A DNA stretch of 64,000 bases from Candidatus Zixiibacteriota bacterium (GCA_021159005.1 JAGGSN010000187.1:6972-70971), one strand, 5' to 3'. Shown: positions 38,197 through 51,525, counted from the stretch's first letter. A program made the numbers and translations. The notes: generated from the letters alone by a model not told the origin.

Positions 38197-41100
38197 GTGG
38201 TCGATCCTTTTGCCAAAAATCAGAGGAAGCCGTCGGACATTACAGCTATAAAAGTCCAACTGGCTTCACCGGATGTCATAAGAGAATGGTCTTATGGTGA
38301 AGTTACAAAACCTGAAACGATCAATTACAGGTCGTTTAAACCGGAACGAGAGGGCTTGTTTTGCGAAAGAATTTTCGGTCCGGTAAAAGACTGGGAATGT
38401 AATTGCGGGAAATACAAACGCATAAGATTCAGAGGTATTGTTTGCGACCGATGCGGCGTTGAGGTTACTCAATCTAAAGTGCGGCGCGAGAGGATGGGAC
38501 ACATTGAACTCGCCGTTCCTGTAACTCATATATGGTATACTCATTCGCTGCCAACCAGAGTTGGCTATCTCCTTCATATGCCCGTCAAAGCGTTGGAAAA
38601 GATAATTTATTACCAGTCGTATGTTGTTATTGACCCGGGCAACACTTCGCTGAAATATAAAGAAATAATTTCCGAGGAAGAATGTTTCGAGCTTGAAGAT
38701 GAGGGCAAAAAATTTGACGCCAGAATGGGAGCTGAAGCTGTTCGGGAGCTTTTACGGAAATTGGATATCGAAGAACTGGCTGTTTCGCTTCGAGCGCAGG
38801 TTAAAGTTGAAACCTCCGTACAGCGGAAAAAAGATACGCTTAAAAGACTTAGAGTAATCGAAGCGTTCCGTCAATCCCAAAATAAGCCCGAATGGATGGT
38901 AATGGATGTTATTCCGGTTATTCCGCCAGACCTGCGTCCACTGGTTCCTCTTGAGGGAGGCAGGTTTGCCACCTCGGATTTAAATGATTTATATCGGCGG
39001 GTTATTAATCGTAATAATCGTCTTAAAAAACTTATCGAAATTAAAGCTCCTGAAGTTATTTTGAGAAACGAAAAGCGAATGCTTCAAGAAGCCGTCGATG
39101 CCCTGCTGGATAATGGACGCCGCAGCCGTTCTGTACGCGGCGATTCCAAACGTCCGCTAAAGTCATTGTCCGATTTATTGAAGGGCAAACAGGGCAGATT
39201 CCGTCAAAACCTGCTGGGTAAACGAGTCGATTACTCCGGCCGCTCGGTTATCGTGGTTGGCCCCGAATTAAAACTCCACCAGTGCGGGCTGCCAAAAAGC
39301 ATGGCGCTTGAATTGTTTAAGCCCTTTATTATCCATAAACTCGAAGAAAAAGGGTATGTCCAAACCGTAAAATCAGCTAAACGATTGGTCGAACGGGAAC
39401 GTCCCGAAGTCTGGGATATCTTGGAGGAAATAATCGAAGATCACCCGATTATGTTAAACCGCGCGCCAACACTTCACCTTCTCGGCATCCAGGCATTTTT
39501 CCCAGTACTTGTCGAGGGTAAGGCAATCAGGCTTCACCCGCTTGTTTGCGCCGCTTTCAATGCCGATTTTGACGGCGACCAAATGGCGGTTCATGTGCCT
39601 TTGTCATTCGAGGCTCAATTGGAAGCGCGGCTGTTGATGCTGTCGGTTAATAATCTGCTTCTGCCGTCATCCGGCAAACCGGTAGCGGTGCCGTCTCAGG
39701 ATATCGTTTTAGGATGCTATTATCTTACTAAAGAACGGCATAATGTTAAGGGCGAAGGAAAGATATTCGCCTCCGCGAATAATGTTATTTATGCTCAGTC
39801 AATGAAAGAAATAGACTTGCATGCGATAATTAAAGTTCGGATAAACGATGATGATAAAGAACTGTTGGAGACAACGCCCGGTAGAGTAATCTTTAATGAA
39901 ATTATTCCCGATGAATTAGGCTATTTTAACGAAGCGGCGACTAAGGGAAATTTGGGAGAATTGGTTTTCAAATGTTTTCACAAAGCGGGAATCGCTGTAA
40001 CTGCGAAATTTTTAGATAAGCTTAAAAAGATTGGCTTCGAATACGCTACTCTGGGTGGAATTACAATCGGTATTGATGATTTAGTCATACCAAAAGAAAA
40101 AGAACTTCTGGTTAAAAATACCTATAAAGAAGTTGAAGAAATTACTAAAATGCATAAAAGCGGCGCTATTACACAGGGCGAACGCTATAATAAAGTAATT
40201 GACGCATGGACTAGAACAACATCCGCAGTAACCGAGGCGCTATTCGACAATCTTGCTATTCTCAATGAAGGTTTTAATCCTGTATATATGATGTCAAGGT
40301 CAGGCGCCAGAGGTTCGAAAGACCAGGTTCGCCAGTTAGCTGGTATGCGCGGATTGATGGCTAAGCCGCAGAAGAAAGTCATTGGTCAGATAGGCGAAAT
40401 TATTGAAACCCCGATTATTGCTAATTTCCGCGATGGCTTAACGGTGCAGGAATACTTTATTTCAACTCATGGCGCTCGCAAGGGTTTGGCTGATACAGCC
40501 CTGAAAACCGCCGATGCCGGTTATCTTACGCGCCGGTTGGTTGATGTTGCCCAGGATGTTATTATCACAGAGGATGATTGCAATACTATATTAGGTCTTA
40601 ATGTCTCAGCATTAAAAGAGGGCGAAGAGGTTATCGAGTCCCTTGCCGACCGCATCATTGGCCGAGTAACTCTTGAAGATGTTATTCATCCGATCACCAA
40701 TGAGGTCTTAGTCGAATCCGGAGATATGATTACCGAAGAGACTGCCAAGGAAATTGAAGATGCGGGAGTCGAGTCGGTTTATATTCGATCGGTATTAACT
40801 TGCGAGGCTCGCCGGGGCGCTTGCGCTAAATGTTATGGGTCAAATATGGCCTCCGGCAATCTGGTTGAAATCGGCGAGTCTGTTGGGGTAGTCGCTGCTC
40901 AATCAATAGGCGAGCCCGGTACGCAGCTTACACTAAGAACATTCCATATTGGTGGTACTGCTGCTGTTATTGCCGAACAATCAAAAATCGAATCCCGCCA
41001 TTCTGGCAAAGTTGTTATTAAGGATGTTCGATCAGTTCCCACAAGAGAAGAAGGCTGTCAAATTGTTTTGTCATCAAAAGGCGAAATACAAATCGTTGAT

Positions 41101-42270
41101 GAAAAAAATCGAACTCGCCAAAAATTTTCTATCCCTTATGGCTCAACATTAAAAGTGATGGATGGTCAGGAAATAGAAAAGGGCACTATTATTTTTGAGT
41201 GGGATCCGCATACAAATTATATCCTTACCGATAAAAAAGGCATTGTTGAATTTGTAGATATTATCGAAAATGTTACATACAGGGAAGAACTCGATGAATC
41301 AACCGGCTTATCGGCGAGGATGATTATTGAACAAAAAGATAAATCGAAGCGGCCGCAAATAAGGATTCTCAATGAAAACGGTAATCGTATTGCCAATTAC
41401 CCCGTTCCCACATTAGCCAACCTTGTAATAAAGGATGGTCAGGAAGTTATAGCTGGTGATTTGCTGGTTAAAATTCCTCGTGAAATCTATAAAACGAAAG
41501 ATATTACCGGCGGTTTACCAAGAGTTGCCGAGTTATTCGAAGCGCGTCATCCTAAAGACCCCGCAGTTGTTACGGAAATCGATGGTACGATTGAATATGG
41601 GAAAATAATTAGAGGCAATCAGCAAATTATAGTTAGTGCCGAACATGAAGAAGTTAAAGAATACTTAGTGCCTCACGGTAAACATATGAGGGTTCATAAC
41701 GCTGATAGGGTAGATTCCGGAGATAGATTATGTGAGGGTCCGATTGACCCGCATGATATATTGAAAATCAAAGGTCCTAACGATGTGCAGGAATACTTAG
41801 TCAACGAGATTCAGGAAGTTTATCGTCTTCAAGGCGTTAGAATAAATGATAAACACATTGAAGTTATTGTTCGACAGATGCTGCAGAAGGTTAGAGTTGA
41901 AGAAGTTGGCGATACCAATTTCCTTGAGGGTGATCAGGTTGATAAATTCCGATTCAATGATGAGAACCAGCGGGTTATTTCCGAGGGCGGCGAACCGGCG
42001 ACATTTACACCCATATTAATGGGGATAACTAAAGCGGCTTTGTCGACCGAGAGTTTTATCTCGGCCGCCTCATTCCAGGAAACTACTCGTGTTCTCACTG
42101 AGGCTGCCATTAACGGCAAACAGGACAATCTCCTTGGTTTGAAAGAAAATGTTATTATTGGACATCTGATTCCTGCTGGCACAGGTCTGGAAGAGTATAA
42201 TAAAATAGAAATTGAGGAAGAAGAGAAAGAAGAAGAAACGGAAAAGGAAACTGAATCAACAATTATCTAA
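38197..42270 (+). CDS. rpoC: DNA-directed RNA polymerase subunit beta'
   Basis: 1357 aa; [14 protein letters not shown] catalytic motif, zinc fingers CNCGKY…CDRCG. Confidence 0.95.
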   Translation: MVDPFAKNQRKPSDITAIKVQLASPDVIREWSYGEVTKPETINYRSFKPEREGLFCERIFGPVKDWECNCGKYKRIRFRGIVCDRCGVEVTQSKVRRERMGHIELAVPVTHIWYTHSLPTRVGYLLHMPVKALEKIIYYQSYVVIDPGNTSLKYKEIISEEECFELEDEGKKFDARMGAEAVRELLRKLDIEELAVSLRAQVKVETSVQRKKDTLKRLRVIEAFRQSQNKPEWMVMDVIPVIPPDLRPLVPLEGGRFATSDLNDLYRRVINRNNRLKKLIEIKAPEVILRNEKRMLQEAVDALLDNGRRSRSVRGDSKRPLKSLSDLLKGKQGRFRQNLLGKRVDYSGRSVIVVGPELKLHQCGLPKSMALELFKPFIIHKLEEKGYVQTVKSAKRLVERERPEVWDILEEIIEDHPIMLNRAPTLHLLGIQAFFPVLVEGKAIRLHPLVCAAFNADFDGDQMAVHVPLSFEAQLEARLLMLSVNNLLLPSSGKPVAVPSQDIVLGCYYLTKERHNVKGEGKIFASANNVIYAQSMKEIDLHAIIKVRINDDDKELLETTPGRVIFNEIIPDELGYFNEAATKGNLGELVFKCFHKAGIAVTAKFLDKLKKIGFEYATLGGITIGIDDLVIPKEKELLVKNTYKEVEEITKMHKSGAITQGERYNKVIDAWTRTTSAVTEALFDNLAILNEGFNPVYMMSRSGARGSKDQVRQLAGMRGLMAKPQKKVIGQIGEIIETPIIANFRDGLTVQEYFISTHGARKGLADTALKTADAGYLTRRLVDVAQDVIITEDDCNTILGLNVSALKEGEEVIESLADRIIGRVTLEDVIHPITNEVLVESGDMITEETAKEIEDAGVESVYIRSVLTCEARRGACAKCYGSNMASGNLVEIGESVGVVAAQSIGEPGTQLTLRTFHIGGTAAVIAEQSKIESRHSGKVVIKDVRSVPTREEGCQIVLSSKGEIQIVDEKNRTRQKFSIPYGSTLKVMDGQEIEKGTIIFEWDPHTNYILTDKKGIVEFVDIIENVTYREELDESTGLSARMIIEQKDKSKRPQIRILNENGNRIANYPVPTLANLVIKDGQEVIAGDLLVKIPREIYKTKDITGGLPRVAELFEARHPKDPAVVTEIDGTIEYGKIIRGNQQIIVSAEHEEVKEYLVPHGKHMRVHNADRVDSGDRLCEGPIDPHDILKIKGPNDVQEYLVNEIQEVYRLQGVRINDKHIEVIVRQMLQKVRVEEVGDTNFLEGDQVDKFRFNDENQRVISEGGEPATFTPILMGITKAALSTESFISAASFQETTRVLTEAAINGKQDNLLGLKENVIIGHLIPAGTGLEEYNKIEIEEEEKEEETEKETESTII

Positions 42271-42277
42271 AAAATGC

Positions 42278-42306
42278 TTGACAATAGCAAATTTAAGAGT
42301 ATTTTA
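42278..42306 (+). promoter_or_regulatory. putative sigma70 promoter for str operon (TTGACA-16-TATTTT)
   Basis: read directly. Confidence 0.4.
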
Positions 42307-42336
42307 AAATTTTGTTTTTGAATAACGGAGGTTCGA

Positions 42337-42711
42337 TTGCCGACAATAAGTCAGTTAATAAGAAAGCCAAGGAAGCGGATTCTCACGAAACCGACAACAC
42401 CGGCTTTGAAAGGGTGCCCGCAAAAACGGGGCGTCTGTACCAGAGTGTATACATCCACTCCCAAGAAACCTAATTCGGCTTTGCGTAAAGTTGCTCGTGT
42501 AAGGCTGACTAATGGGATTGAAGTAACTGCCTATATTCCAGGCGAAGGTCACAACCTTCAGGAACATTCCATTGTTCTTATTCGCGGCGGCCGCGTAAAA
42601 GATTTGCCCGGAGTGCGCTATCATATTATAAGAGGCACTCTCGATACGGCCGGAGTAGAAGATCGTAAAAACAGCCGTTCAAAATACGGCGTTAAAAGAC
42701 CGAAGAAGTAA
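42337..42711 (+). CDS. rpsL: 30S ribosomal protein S12
   Basis: [13 protein letters not shown]…[11 protein letters not shown]. Confidence 0.95.
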   Translation: MPTISQLIRKPRKRILTKPTTPALKGCPQKRGVCTRVYTSTPKKPNSALRKVARVRLTNGIEVTAYIPGEGHNLQEHSIVLIRGGRVKDLPGVRYHIIRGTLDTAGVEDRKNSRSKYGVKRPKK

Positions 42712-42729
42712 TAAACTGTTGAGGTAGTT

Positions 42730-43200
42730 GTGCCGAGAAAGTGCGCACCATTAAAAAGAGAAAGAATGCCTGATCCCCGCTATAACCTTCAATTGGTTTC
42801 GCAATTTGTTAATTGCTTAATGGAGCGGGGGAAAAAGCAGGTTGCCGAAAGAATATTTTATAATGCAATGGATATCATCCAGGAAAAATCCAATGAAGCA
42901 CCTCTGGATGTATTCCATAAAGCATTAACTAACGTTAAACCATTATTAGAGGTAAAGTCCCGCCGAGTAGGTGGCGCCAATTACCAAGTGCCTATTGAAG
43001 TAAGACCTGACCGTAGAGTAGCTCTCGCCATCAGATGGTTGATTAATTACTCGAACAGCCGGCCTGAAAAAACAATGGCTGACAAGCTAGCTAATGAAAT
43101 CCTCGCCGCTTCTCGTAATGAGGGCAGTTCTGTAAAGAAAAAAGAGGATACTCATAAAATGGCTGAAGCCAACAAGGCATTTGCTCATTTCCGTTGGTAG
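42730..43200 (+). CDS. rpsG: 30S ribosomal protein S7
   Basis: 156 aa, NAMDII…VEVRPDRRVALAIRW. Confidence 0.95.
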   Translation: MPRKCAPLKRERMPDPRYNLQLVSQFVNCLMERGKKQVAERIFYNAMDIIQEKSNEAPLDVFHKALTNVKPLLEVKSRRVGGANYQVPIEVRPDRRVALAIRWLINYSNSRPEKTMADKLANEILAASRNEGSSVKKKEDTHKMAEANKAFAHFRW

Positions 43201-43332
43201 GTTGGGATAAAAGGTTGTATTTAGACGATTCTTTTTACATAGGAAATTAAAATATCGGTTCTAATCCGCTGCTGCGTGCTTAGCTCGATTGTTTATGTTT
43301 CCGCACATTGTAAAAACAGCAGTGGTTTTTTT

Positions 43333-45417
43333 ATGTCAATGAATCTGGAAAAAACAAGAAATATCGGAATTATGGCTCATATTGATGCTGGCAAAACTAC
43401 TACCACAGAGCGTGTGCTCTACTATACGGGTCTGACTCATCGGATAGGAGAAGTCGATGACGGTGCGGCTGTTATGGATTGGATGGACCTCGAAAAAGAA
43501 CGCGGTATTACTATCACATCCGCGGCCACTACTGTTTATTGGAATGATTATCGCCTCAATATAATCGATACGCCCGGTCATGTTGATTTTACTGTTGAAG
43601 TGGAAAGATCGCTCAGAATCCTGGATGGAGCAATTGCTCTTTTCTGCTCCGTCGGTGGAGTCGAACCGCAATCCGAAACTGTCTGGCGTCAGGCGGATAA
43701 ATACAGAGTTCCGCGCATTGCCTATGTTAATAAAATGGATCGTATCGGTGCCGATTTCTTTGGCGCTGTTGATATGATGAAAAAAAGATTAGGTGCCAAT
43801 GCCGTTCCTATTCAGATACCTGTTGGCTCGGGAGATTTGTTTACCGGCATTATTGATGTTATAGAAATGAAGTCCAGGACTTTCGATGAGGAAACGCTTG
43901 GCGCAACTTATTACGATAGCGATGTTCCCGATTCCCTTATGCAGCAAGCCGAAAAAACCCGCGAAGAACTCTTGGAAATCCTCTCCGAATATGATGATAC
44001 GCTGCTGGATAAGTTTGTTAACAATGAACCAATAATGATTCATGAAATAAAAAACGCCCTTCGGAAAGCCACGCTTAAATCAGAAATATTTCCGGTAATG
44101 TGCGGGTCATCTTTTAAAAATAAAGGCGTTCAGAAGATGCTTGATGCAGTAGTTGATTATCTGCCATCCCCTCTCGACCTGCCTCCTGTTATAGGACATA
44201 TTCCGGATACGGAAAAAGAAATAACCAGAAAACCATCTGAAGATGAACCGTTTGCAGGCTTGGTATATAAAATAATTGTCGATCCATACGTCGGAAAACT
44301 CACCTATTTTAGGATTTATTCAGGCAAGATACAAGCAGGTTCTACCATATTTAACGCTACAACCGGCAAAACCGAAAGAGTTTCTCGGCTGCTTCTGATG
44401 CATTCTAATAAGAAAAATGATGTTCGCGAAGCGTGTGCTGGCGACATTGTTGCCGGTATCGGGTTTAAAAATACCGCCACTGGCGATACGATATGTGATA
44501 AAAAGCACCCTATTATCCTCGAGCAAATGAATTTCCCTGATCCGGTAATTTCTATTGCTATCGAACCTAAAACAAAAGCAGACCAGGAGAAGTTAGCTAT
44601 TTCATTATCTCGCTTGGCTGAGGAGGATCCGACATTCAAAGTGAATCAGGATGAAGATACCGGCCAGACAATTATCTCGGGAATGGGAGAACTTCACCTT
44701 GAAATATTAATTGATAGGATGGTTAGGGAATTTAAGGTTTCGGCTAATGTAGGTAAACCACAGGTTGCTTATAAAGAAACCATCTCGAAAATCGCCAAAT
44801 GTGAGGGGAAATTCATCAAACAAACCGGCGGCCGCGGCCAGCATGGTCATGTCAAGTTAAGAATAGAACCATTAGAAACCGGATGTGATTTTGAATTTGC
44901 CAGCGAAGTTACCGGCGGGGAGGTCCCAAAAGAATATATTCCCGCAGTTGAAAAAGGTGTTAGAGAATCCCTTGATAATGGAATTATCGCCGGCTATCCT
45001 ACCGTGGATATCAAAGTTGTGCTTATTGGCGGAAGTTTCCATGATGTCGATTCATCCGAGTTGGCATTCAAAATAGCCGGGGCGATGGCTTTCCAGGATG
45101 GTCTCAGGAAGGCGGCGCCTGTGCTTTTGGAGCCTATAATGGATGTTGAAGTGGTCGTGCCCGAGGAATATCTTGGCGATATTATCGGCGACCTGCAAAC
45201 CAGACGCGGTAAGATCGAGGGAATTGCTCAGCGGCCTGATGCTAAAGTTGTGGCAAGCGAAGTGCCGCTATCCGAAATGTTTGGTTATGCAACTAAACTG
45301 AGGTCGCTTTCTCAGGGAAGGGCAGTATATTCGATGCAGTTTGCGCATTATGCGAAGATGTCTCAGCAGGTAAGTGATAAAATTGTTAAGAAAGTTAAAG
45401 GATATGTTTATCATTAA
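43333..45417 (+). CDS. fusA: elongation factor G
   Basis: [22 protein letters not shown]; start set to [12 protein letters not shown] (track ORF starts earlier at 43276). Confidence 0.9.
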   Translation: MSMNLEKTRNIGIMAHIDAGKTTTTERVLYYTGLTHRIGEVDDGAAVMDWMDLEKERGITITSAATTVYWNDYRLNIIDTPGHVDFTVEVERSLRILDGAIALFCSVGGVEPQSETVWRQADKYRVPRIAYVNKMDRIGADFFGAVDMMKKRLGANAVPIQIPVGSGDLFTGIIDVIEMKSRTFDEETLGATYYDSDVPDSLMQQAEKTREELLEILSEYDDTLLDKFVNNEPIMIHEIKNALRKATLKSEIFPVMCGSSFKNKGVQKMLDAVVDYLPSPLDLPPVIGHIPDTEKEITRKPSEDEPFAGLVYKIIVDPYVGKLTYFRIYSGKIQAGSTIFNATTGKTERVSRLLLMHSNKKNDVREACAGDIVAGIGFKNTATGDTICDKKHPIILEQMNFPDPVISIAIEPKTKADQEKLAISLSRLAEEDPTFKVNQDEDTGQTIISGMGELHLEILIDRMVREFKVSANVGKPQVAYKETISKIAKCEGKFIKQTGGRGQHGHVKLRIEPLETGCDFEFASEVTGGEVPKEYIPAVEKGVRESLDNGIIAGYPTVDIKVVLIGGSFHDVDSSELAFKIAGAMAFQDGLRKAAPVLLEPIMDVEVVVPEEYLGDIIGDLQTRRGKIEGIAQRPDAKVVASEVPLSEMFGYATKLRSLSQGRAVYSMQFAHYAKMSQQVSDKIVKKVKGYVYH

Positions 45418-45481
45418 ATAGGGACGTTATTTTTATTTTTTAGTGATTTGATAATGGAAAATAAAGTTAAGGAGATGACTG

Positions 45482-46690
45482 ATGGCCAAGGAGAAATTTG
45501 AGCGAACGAAACCGCATGTGAATGTAGGTACGATAGGTCATGTTGATCATGGCAAGACTACATTAACGGCGGCGATGACGATGATATTGGGTCGCAAGGG
45601 TCAGGCGGCGGTTCGCGATTTTGATTCGATTGACAATGCTCCGGAGGAGCGTGAGCGCGGCATAACGATAGCGACGGCGCATGTTGAGTATGAGACCGAT
45701 AGGCGTCATTATGCTCATGTTGATTGTCCTGGTCACGCCGATTATGTTAAGAACATGATAACGGGTGCGGCCCAGATGGATGGCGCGATATTGGTAGTTA
45801 GCGCGGCGGATGGTCCGATGCCTCAGACGCGCGAGCATATATTATTGGCACGTCAGGTAGGAGTTCCTTACATAGTTGTATTCATGAACAAGATAGACCA
45901 GGTAGATGATCCTGAGTTATTAGACTTGGTGGAGCTTGAGGTACGGGATTTATTGAGTCAGTATCAATTTCCGGGTGATGACATTCCGATAATTCGTGGT
46001 TCGGCATTAGAGGCTATGAATCGCGGCGCTGATGAGAGCGTACCTTATGATGATCCTGCTTTTAAGTGTGTGCATGAGTTGATGGATGCGGTAGACAGCT
46101 ATATACCGGAGCCGAAGCGTGATATTGACAAGCCGTTTTTATTGCCGATAGAGGATGTATTTTCGATAACGGGTCGAGGTACGGTAGGAACGGGTCGAGT
46201 TGAGCGCGGCAAGATAAAGACCGGTGATCCTGTTGAGCGTGTTGGTGTTAGGGAGACTCGCAAGACGGTAGTAACGGGTGTTGAGATGTTTCGGAAGATA
46301 TTGGATTATGCTCAGGCGGGCGATAATGTAGGTTTGTTATTGCGCGGAGTAGATAAGAATGATCTTGAGCGCGGCATGGTTTTGGCGGCGCCTGGCAGTA
46401 TTAAGCCGCACAAGAAGTTTAAGGGAGAGGTATACATTTTGACGAAGGAAGAGGGTGGTCGTCACACGCCGTTTTTCAATGGTTATCGTCCGCAGTTTTA
46501 TTTTCGGACGACGGATGTAACAGGTACGGTGAAGCTTCCGGAAGGTGTTGAGATGGTAATGCCTGGTGATAATGTAACAGTAGAAGGCGAGTTAATAACG
46601 CCGATAGCGATGGAGAAAGAGCTTCGTTTTGCTATCCGTGAAGGCGGCCGCACCGTAGGCGCCGGCGTTATTAGCGAAATAATAGAGTAA
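45482..46690 (+). CDS. tuf: elongation factor Tu (copy 2, tufA-type position)
   Basis: protein identical to copy 1; nucleotide identity extends from ~10 nt upstream of ATG to the stop. Confidence 0.95.
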   Translation: MAKEKFERTKPHVNVGTIGHVDHGKTTLTAAMTMILGRKGQAAVRDFDSIDNAPEERERGITIATAHVEYETDRRHYAHVDCPGHADYVKNMITGAAQMDGAILVVSAADGPMPQTREHILLARQVGVPYIVVFMNKIDQVDDPELLDLVELEVRDLLSQYQFPGDDIPIIRGSALEAMNRGADESVPYDDPAFKCVHELMDAVDSYIPEPKRDIDKPFLLPIEDVFSITGRGTVGTGRVERGKIKTGDPVERVGVRETRKTVVTGVEMFRKILDYAQAGDNVGLLLRGVDKNDLERGMVLAAPGSIKPHKKFKGEVYILTKEEGGRHTPFFNGYRPQFYFRTTDVTGTVKLPEGVEMVMPGDNVTVEGELITPIAMEKELRFAIREGGRTVGAGVISEIIE

Positions 46691-46695
46691 TTAAA

Positions 46696-47004
46696 ATGGA
46701 TAGCCAGAAAATAAGAATAAGACTCAAGGCGTATGATCATGTCTCCCTTGATAGGTCTACTTTAGAAATTGTTAATACTGTAAATCGAACCGGAGCAAAA
46801 ATTATCGGACCGGTGCCGTTGCCGACTAAGAGGACTGTTTATACTGTTCTGCGTTCTCCGCATGTTGACAAGAAATCGCGGGAACAGTTTGAGACCAGGA
46901 TTCATAAAAGGTTGATTGATATTTATGATTCCAATCCTCAAACAGTCGACTCATTGATGAGGCTTGATTTGCCGGCCGGTGTTGATGTTGAAATTAAAGT
47001 CTAA
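46696..47004 (+). CDS. rpsJ: 30S ribosomal protein S10
   Basis: [12 protein letters not shown]…PLPT conserved. Confidence 0.95.
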   Translation: MDSQKIRIRLKAYDHVSLDRSTLEIVNTVNRTGAKIIGPVPLPTKRTVYTVLRSPHVDKKSREQFETRIHKRLIDIYDSNPQTVDSLMRLDLPAGVDVEIKV

Positions 47005-47019
47005 GGATAGTGCGTCAAA

Positions 47020-47640
47020 ATGAAAACATTGTTTGGTTTTAAAATAGGAATGACACGGGTCTTTGACGAGATAGGAAACATGGTGCCGGTAACTGTAATC
47101 CAGGCAGAGCCCCAGCATGTTATCGGTATAAAGACTAAGGATAAAGACGGCTACAATGCCTTAAAAATAGGTTTTGGCGAAATTCGCAAGAAACTTGTCA
47201 AAAAGCCGGTAGCTGGTCAATTTAAGGAAGCGGGCATCGAACCGCGCCGTCACATCAGGGAAATAAGAACTGAATCTGACGTTGACAGCAAGATTGGTGA
47301 TGCCATTAATGTTGACATTTTTGCAGCTGGCGAAAAGGTTAACGTTACGGGAATTTCTAAAGGTCTTGGCTTTCAGGGCACTGTTCGCCGTCATGGATTC
47401 AAAGGCGGACCCAAAACGCATGGCCAGTCTGATAGACTGCGGGCGCCTGGTTCAATTGGTCAATCTTCATATCCATCCCGGGTTTGGAAAGGCATGAAAA
47501 TGGCTGGTCATATGGGTAATGAAAAAGTTACTACTAAAAAACTGTTGATAAATTCGGTAGAACCCGAACATAACTTGATTTTAATTCGCGGTGCAATCCC
47601 CGGCAAGCCCGGTGGGCTGTTGAAAATCGTTAAAGCATAG
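47020..47640 (+). CDS. rplC: 50S ribosomal protein L3
   Basis: GFKIGMTRVFDE, 206 aa. Confidence 0.95.
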   Translation: MKTLFGFKIGMTRVFDEIGNMVPVTVIQAEPQHVIGIKTKDKDGYNALKIGFGEIRKKLVKKPVAGQFKEAGIEPRRHIREIRTESDVDSKIGDAINVDIFAAGEKVNVTGISKGLGFQGTVRRHGFKGGPKTHGQSDRLRAPGSIGQSSYPSRVWKGMKMAGHMGNEKVTTKKLLINSVEPEHNLILIRGAIPGKPGGLLKIVKA

Positions 47641-47642
47641 GT

Positions 47643-48281
47643 GTGATTGCGATGGCTGAAGTAAAAGTATTTGATATTGACGGAAACAACAAAGAAAGCA
47701 GGCAATTGAACGGTCCGCTGTTTAATTCAGAGGTAAAACCGCATCTGCTTCATGAATATTCTGTTGGTTATTTGAGAAATCAACGTCAAGGAACCGCTTC
47801 TACAAAAACCAGAACTATGGTAAGAGGCGGGGGGCGAAAACCATGGCGTCAAAAAGGAACCGGTAGGGCAAGAGCAGGCACTAAGAATTCGCCTTTGTGG
47901 GTTGGCGGCGGCGTTGCTTGGGGACCTCACCCAAGAGATTATTACCGGGATATGCCCAAAAAGTTTAAGCGCGCGGCATTAAAATCAGCATTTTCTGATA
48001 AAGTCGCCAACGATCGAATAAGAATTGTCGAACTGCCCGAATTGGAAGAACCCAAATCTAAAATTATCGCAGGGTTTTTAAAAGGACATGAAATTTATCA
48101 TAAACGAACGCTAATACTTTATGAGGGCGTAAATAAAAATCTGGGCATGTCATGCCAAAATATAAAATGGCTTGCGGTGAAACGTTCAGTATTAGTAAAT
48201 CCATTTGACCTTATATGGGCTGAACATATCCTTATTACACCTGATGCCTTGCAAAAAATAGAGGAGGTATTTGGTAATTGA
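47643..48281 (+). CDS. rplD: 50S ribosomal protein L4
   Basis: RQGTASTKTR…KPWRQKGTGRAR; ATG at 47652 is an alternative start. Confidence 0.9.
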   Translation: MIAMAEVKVFDIDGNNKESRQLNGPLFNSEVKPHLLHEYSVGYLRNQRQGTASTKTRTMVRGGGRKPWRQKGTGRARAGTKNSPLWVGGGVAWGPHPRDYYRDMPKKFKRAALKSAFSDKVANDRIRIVELPELEEPKSKIIAGFLKGHEIYHKRTLILYEGVNKNLGMSCQNIKWLAVKRSVLVNPFDLIWAEHILITPDALQKIEEVFGN

Positions 48282-48568
48282 AAACGGCAGAAAACATAAT
48301 TAGACAGGCTGTTATTTCTGAAAAGGGAACCCTTTTGAGAGATAATGAAAATTGCTATGTTTTTAAGGTTCATCCCTCGGCCAATAAAATAGAAATAAAG
48401 AAAGCCATTGAAAAGGCTTTTGATGTTAAGGTTTTGAATATCAAAACAATTAACGTAAAAGGTAAAACCAAGCGGTTGGGACGATTCGAAGGCAAACGCT
48501 CTTCTTGGAAAAAAGCTATGATTAAGCTAAAAGAAGGCGATTCAATCGATATCTTCGAGAATGTGTGA
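48278..48568 (+). CDS. rplW: 50S ribosomal protein L23
   Basis: 96 aa, VFKVHPSANKIEIKKAIE. Confidence 0.9.
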   Translation: MKTAENIIRQAVISEKGTLLRDNENCYVFKVHPSANKIEIKKAIEKAFDVKVLNIKTINVKGKTKRLGRFEGKRSSWKKAMIKLKEGDSIDIFENV

Positions 48569-48577
48569 GGCAGCTAA

Positions 48578-49402
48578 ATGGGACTAAAGAAATTTAAACC
48601 GACGACTCCTAGCCGTCGCTATATGACAGTTTCCGATTTTTCGGAGATTACTCATGGCTATCCCGAAAAGAGTTTGTTGAAACCTATTCGGAAAACGGGC
48701 GGACGATGCAATACCGGACGAATTACAAGCCGGCATATAGGCGGTGGTCATAAAAAGCATTATCGTATAATTGATTTCAAACGTGAAAAAATCGGTATTC
48801 CAGCCAGGGTAGCTTCAATAGAATATGATCCTAATCGGTCGGCCAGGATTGCATTATTGTTTTATTTTGATGGCGAGAAAAGATATATCATAGCGCCGCT
48901 GAATCTAAAGGTTGACGATATCATCCAGACTACCGATAAGCTTGAAATTAAACCCGGCAATAATCTTCCTTTGGAAAAAATTCCTCTTGGAACTGATATT
49001 CACAATATCGAACTCAAAGCCGGCAAAGGAGCGCAGATGGTTCGTTCGGCTGGTACGATGGCAACGCTTTTAGCTAAGGAAGGGAATTACGCTCATGTTC
49101 GCCTGCCATCCGGCGAAGTAAGGCTGATTCATTTAAAGTGTCGTGCTACTATTGGTCAGGTCGGTAATATCGACCATGAAAATATAAATCTTGGCAAAGC
49201 CGGCCGTTCCAGATGGCTGGGAAAACGTCCTAAAGTAAGGGGCGTTGCCATGAATCCGGTGGACCACCCTATGGGCGGCGGCGAAGGACGCTCGTCGGGC
49301 GGACGACATCCTTGCAGCCCCTGGGGACAATTTTCTAAGGGACTAAAAACACGCAAGAAAAAACACTCTGATAAGATGATTATTAAGAGACGAGGGAAAT
49401 AA
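48578..49402 (+). CDS. rplB: 50S ribosomal protein L2
   Basis: [20 protein letters not shown]…MNPVDHPHGGGEG pattern. Confidence 0.95.
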   Translation: MGLKKFKPTTPSRRYMTVSDFSEITHGYPEKSLLKPIRKTGGRCNTGRITSRHIGGGHKKHYRIIDFKREKIGIPARVASIEYDPNRSARIALLFYFDGEKRYIIAPLNLKVDDIIQTTDKLEIKPGNNLPLEKIPLGTDIHNIELKAGKGAQMVRSAGTMATLLAKEGNYAHVRLPSGEVRLIHLKCRATIGQVGNIDHENINLGKAGRSRWLGKRPKVRGVAMNPVDHPMGGGEGRSSGGRHPCSPWGQFSKGLKTRKKKHSDKMIIKRRGK

Positions 49403-49433
49403 TATCCCGATGGACTATACAGGAGGTTTTTAA

Positions 49434-49721
49434 ATGACCAGGTCTTTGAAAAAAGGACCATACTTGGATGCTAGCTTAGTGAAGAAAGTTAAGGCGCTGA
49501 ACGATAGCAGCGAAAAACGCGTTATCAAAACATGGGCGCGCCGTTCGACTATTCCACCTGAATTCGTAGGACACACGCTGGCGATTCATAATGGAAATAA
49601 ATTTATCCCCGTATATATAACTGAAAATATGGTAGGCCATAAACTCGGTGAATTTGCTCCTACGAGAATATTTAGAGGGCATTCAGGCAAGCTTACCGAC
49701 AGGTCTGTCACTTTAAAATAG
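49434..49721 (+). CDS. rpsS: 30S ribosomal protein S19
   Basis: [10 protein letters not shown]…[11 protein letters not shown]. Confidence 0.95.
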   Translation: MTRSLKKGPYLDASLVKKVKALNDSSEKRVIKTWARRSTIPPEFVGHTLAIHNGNKFIPVYITENMVGHKLGEFAPTRIFRGHSGKLTDRSVTLK

Positions 49722-49733
49722 GTTATGATTATT

Positions 49734-50108
49734 ATGGAAGCTAAAGCAACTTCAAAATACATTAGAATGTCGCCTCGAAAAATCCGTCAGGTGGCGGAAT
49801 TAATTAAAGGTCGCAAGTATGTCGATGCAAAAGGTATCCTGACATTTATGCCCAAAGCGGCCAGTCAGGTTCTTTTGGCCACCATGAAATCTGCGGCGGC
49901 TAATGCTATATCAAAAGAGGGTTCGGCAAAAGTAAAGGTTGAAAACCTCTATGTTAAGAATATACAAATTAATTCCGGCCCAATCCTAAAAAGAATTAGA
50001 CCGGTTGCAATGGGAAGGGCTTTCAGAATTCGTAAAAGAACCTCCCATATTAATATTGTTCTGGCTGAGAAAAAAGCCTCAACAGTTAGACCAGGTAAGG
50101 AGGCTTAG
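49734..50108 (+). CDS. rplV: 50S ribosomal protein L22
   Basis: MEAKATSKYIRMSPRKIRQV; start set to ATG 49734. Confidence 0.9.
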   Translation: MEAKATSKYIRMSPRKIRQVAELIKGRKYVDAKGILTFMPKAASQVLLATMKSAAANAISKEGSAKVKVENLYVKNIQINSGPILKRIRPVAMGRAFRIRKRTSHINIVLAEKKASTVRPGKEA

Positions 50109-51100
50109 TGGGACAGAAAACTCACCCATACGGGTTGCGGCTTGGAATAGTTAAGCCATGGAAATCTCGCTGGTTTGCCGCTAAAAATTTCGCTGATTTG
50201 CTGCAGGAAGATTTGCTCATACGGCGCTATGTTTCTAAGCGTTTGGATCATGCCGGCATTGCAGACATACAAATTTTAAGGGCTCCGAAAAAAGTGTCAA
50301 TTGATATTCATACTGCAAAACCAGGCATAGTAATCGGTAGAAAAGGCACAGAAGTAGATAAGCTGAAGGAAGAACTTCAACTTCTGTCGGATAAAGAAAT
50401 TCTGCTGAATATTGTTGAGGTTAAAAAGCCGGAGCTTTCTGCTTCGTTGGTTGCTCAATCGATTGCTCAACAGCTTGAGGGCAGAGTGAATTTCCGTCGA
50501 GCTATGAAAAAAGCCGTAGCCGCTTCAATGAAAAGCGGTGCCGAGGGAATCAAAGTAGTCTGCGGCGGACGTCTCGGCGGCGCCGAAATTGCGCGGTCTG
50601 AAAAATATCACAAAGGAAGAGTCCCGCTTCATACCCTGAGAGCAGATATCGATTATGCCGCCGTTACAGCGCATACTACCTATGGCTGTATCGGAATAAA
50701 AATCTGGATATGTAAGGGCGAAATCGTTGAAAAAGAGAAGGTTAATGCCAGACTCTTAGGCGAGGACATTGCAGACAAAGACGAAAAACCAACCGAACAT
50801 CGTCAAAAACCCAGAAGAAGCAGAAGAGGCGGCGATAGCCATAGACGTCCCTTTGTTGGCGGTAAAAAACCATCAGCTAAAGATCTCGATAAGTCAAAAA
50901 AATATCGCCGGGAAGATAGCAGAACTGAAAAAAGACAACATCCGGATGCTTCCCCCAAAACAGATACTGGCAAAAAAGAAGGCTCTAAGAAAGCTTCAAA
51001 GAGCTATTCAAAAACTAAAGCTTCCGGTGATGCTAAAATAGATAAAAAACCAATTAAAAAACCTGATGCCTCAGGCGGGTCGGATAAGGAGAAGAAGTAA
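50108..51100 (+). CDS. rpsC: 30S ribosomal protein S3 with ~110-aa Lys/Arg-rich low-complexity C-terminal extension
   Basis: [16 protein letters not shown]-domain core; 330 aa versus ~220 typical. Confidence 0.9.
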   Translation: MGQKTHPYGLRLGIVKPWKSRWFAAKNFADLLQEDLLIRRYVSKRLDHAGIADIQILRAPKKVSIDIHTAKPGIVIGRKGTEVDKLKEELQLLSDKEILLNIVEVKKPELSASLVAQSIAQQLEGRVNFRRAMKKAVAASMKSGAEGIKVVCGGRLGGAEIARSEKYHKGRVPLHTLRADIDYAAVTAHTTYGCIGIKIWICKGEIVEKEKVNARLLGEDIADKDEKPTEHRQKPRRSRRGGDSHRRPFVGGKKPSAKDLDKSKKYRREDSRTEKRQHPDASPKTDTGKKEGSKKASKSYSKTKASGDAKIDKKPIKKPDASGGSDKEKK

Positions 51101-51102
51101 GT

Positions 51103-51525
51103 ATGCTTACCCCGAAGAGAGTGAAATTCAGGAAACAACAACGTGGCAGGCGTAGAGGTAAAGCTTATCGCGGCAGTAATATCGATTTCGGTGAATATGG
51201 CTTAAAAGCTCTCGAACCGGCATGGATAACCAATAGACAAATTGAAGCTGCCAGGGTTGCCCTTACACGTCATATTAAAAGAGGCGGCAAGGTTTGGATT
51301 AGGATATTTCCCGATAAACCGGTTACTTTCAAGCCCGCCGAAACTAGAATGGGTAAAGGCAAAGGCTCGCCCGAATACTGGGTAGCTGTTGTAAAGCCAG
51401 GCAGAATTCTGTTCGAACTCGAAGGTGTTGCCGAATCTGTGGCAAGAGAGGCTTTAAGGCTGGCTGATGCCAAACTGCCTATCAAAACCAGATTCGTTTC
51501 GCGTCAGGATATTACAAAGGATTAG
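51103..51525 (+). CDS. rplP: 50S ribosomal protein L16
   Basis: [16 protein letters not shown]. Confidence 0.95.
   Translation: MLTPKRVKFRKQQRGRRRGKAYRGSNIDFGEYGLKALEPAWITNRQIEAARVALTRHIKRGGKVWIRIFPDKPVTFKPAETRMGKGKGSPEYWVAVVKPGRILFELEGVAESVAREALRLADAKLPIKTRFVSRQDITKD

Noticed and set aside
50769-51041. 90-aa + strand ORF overlapping the 3' part of rpsC in another frame
   Set aside because: Frame-shifted read of the Lys-rich S3 tail (AAG/AAA-rich DNA stays open). No independent support.
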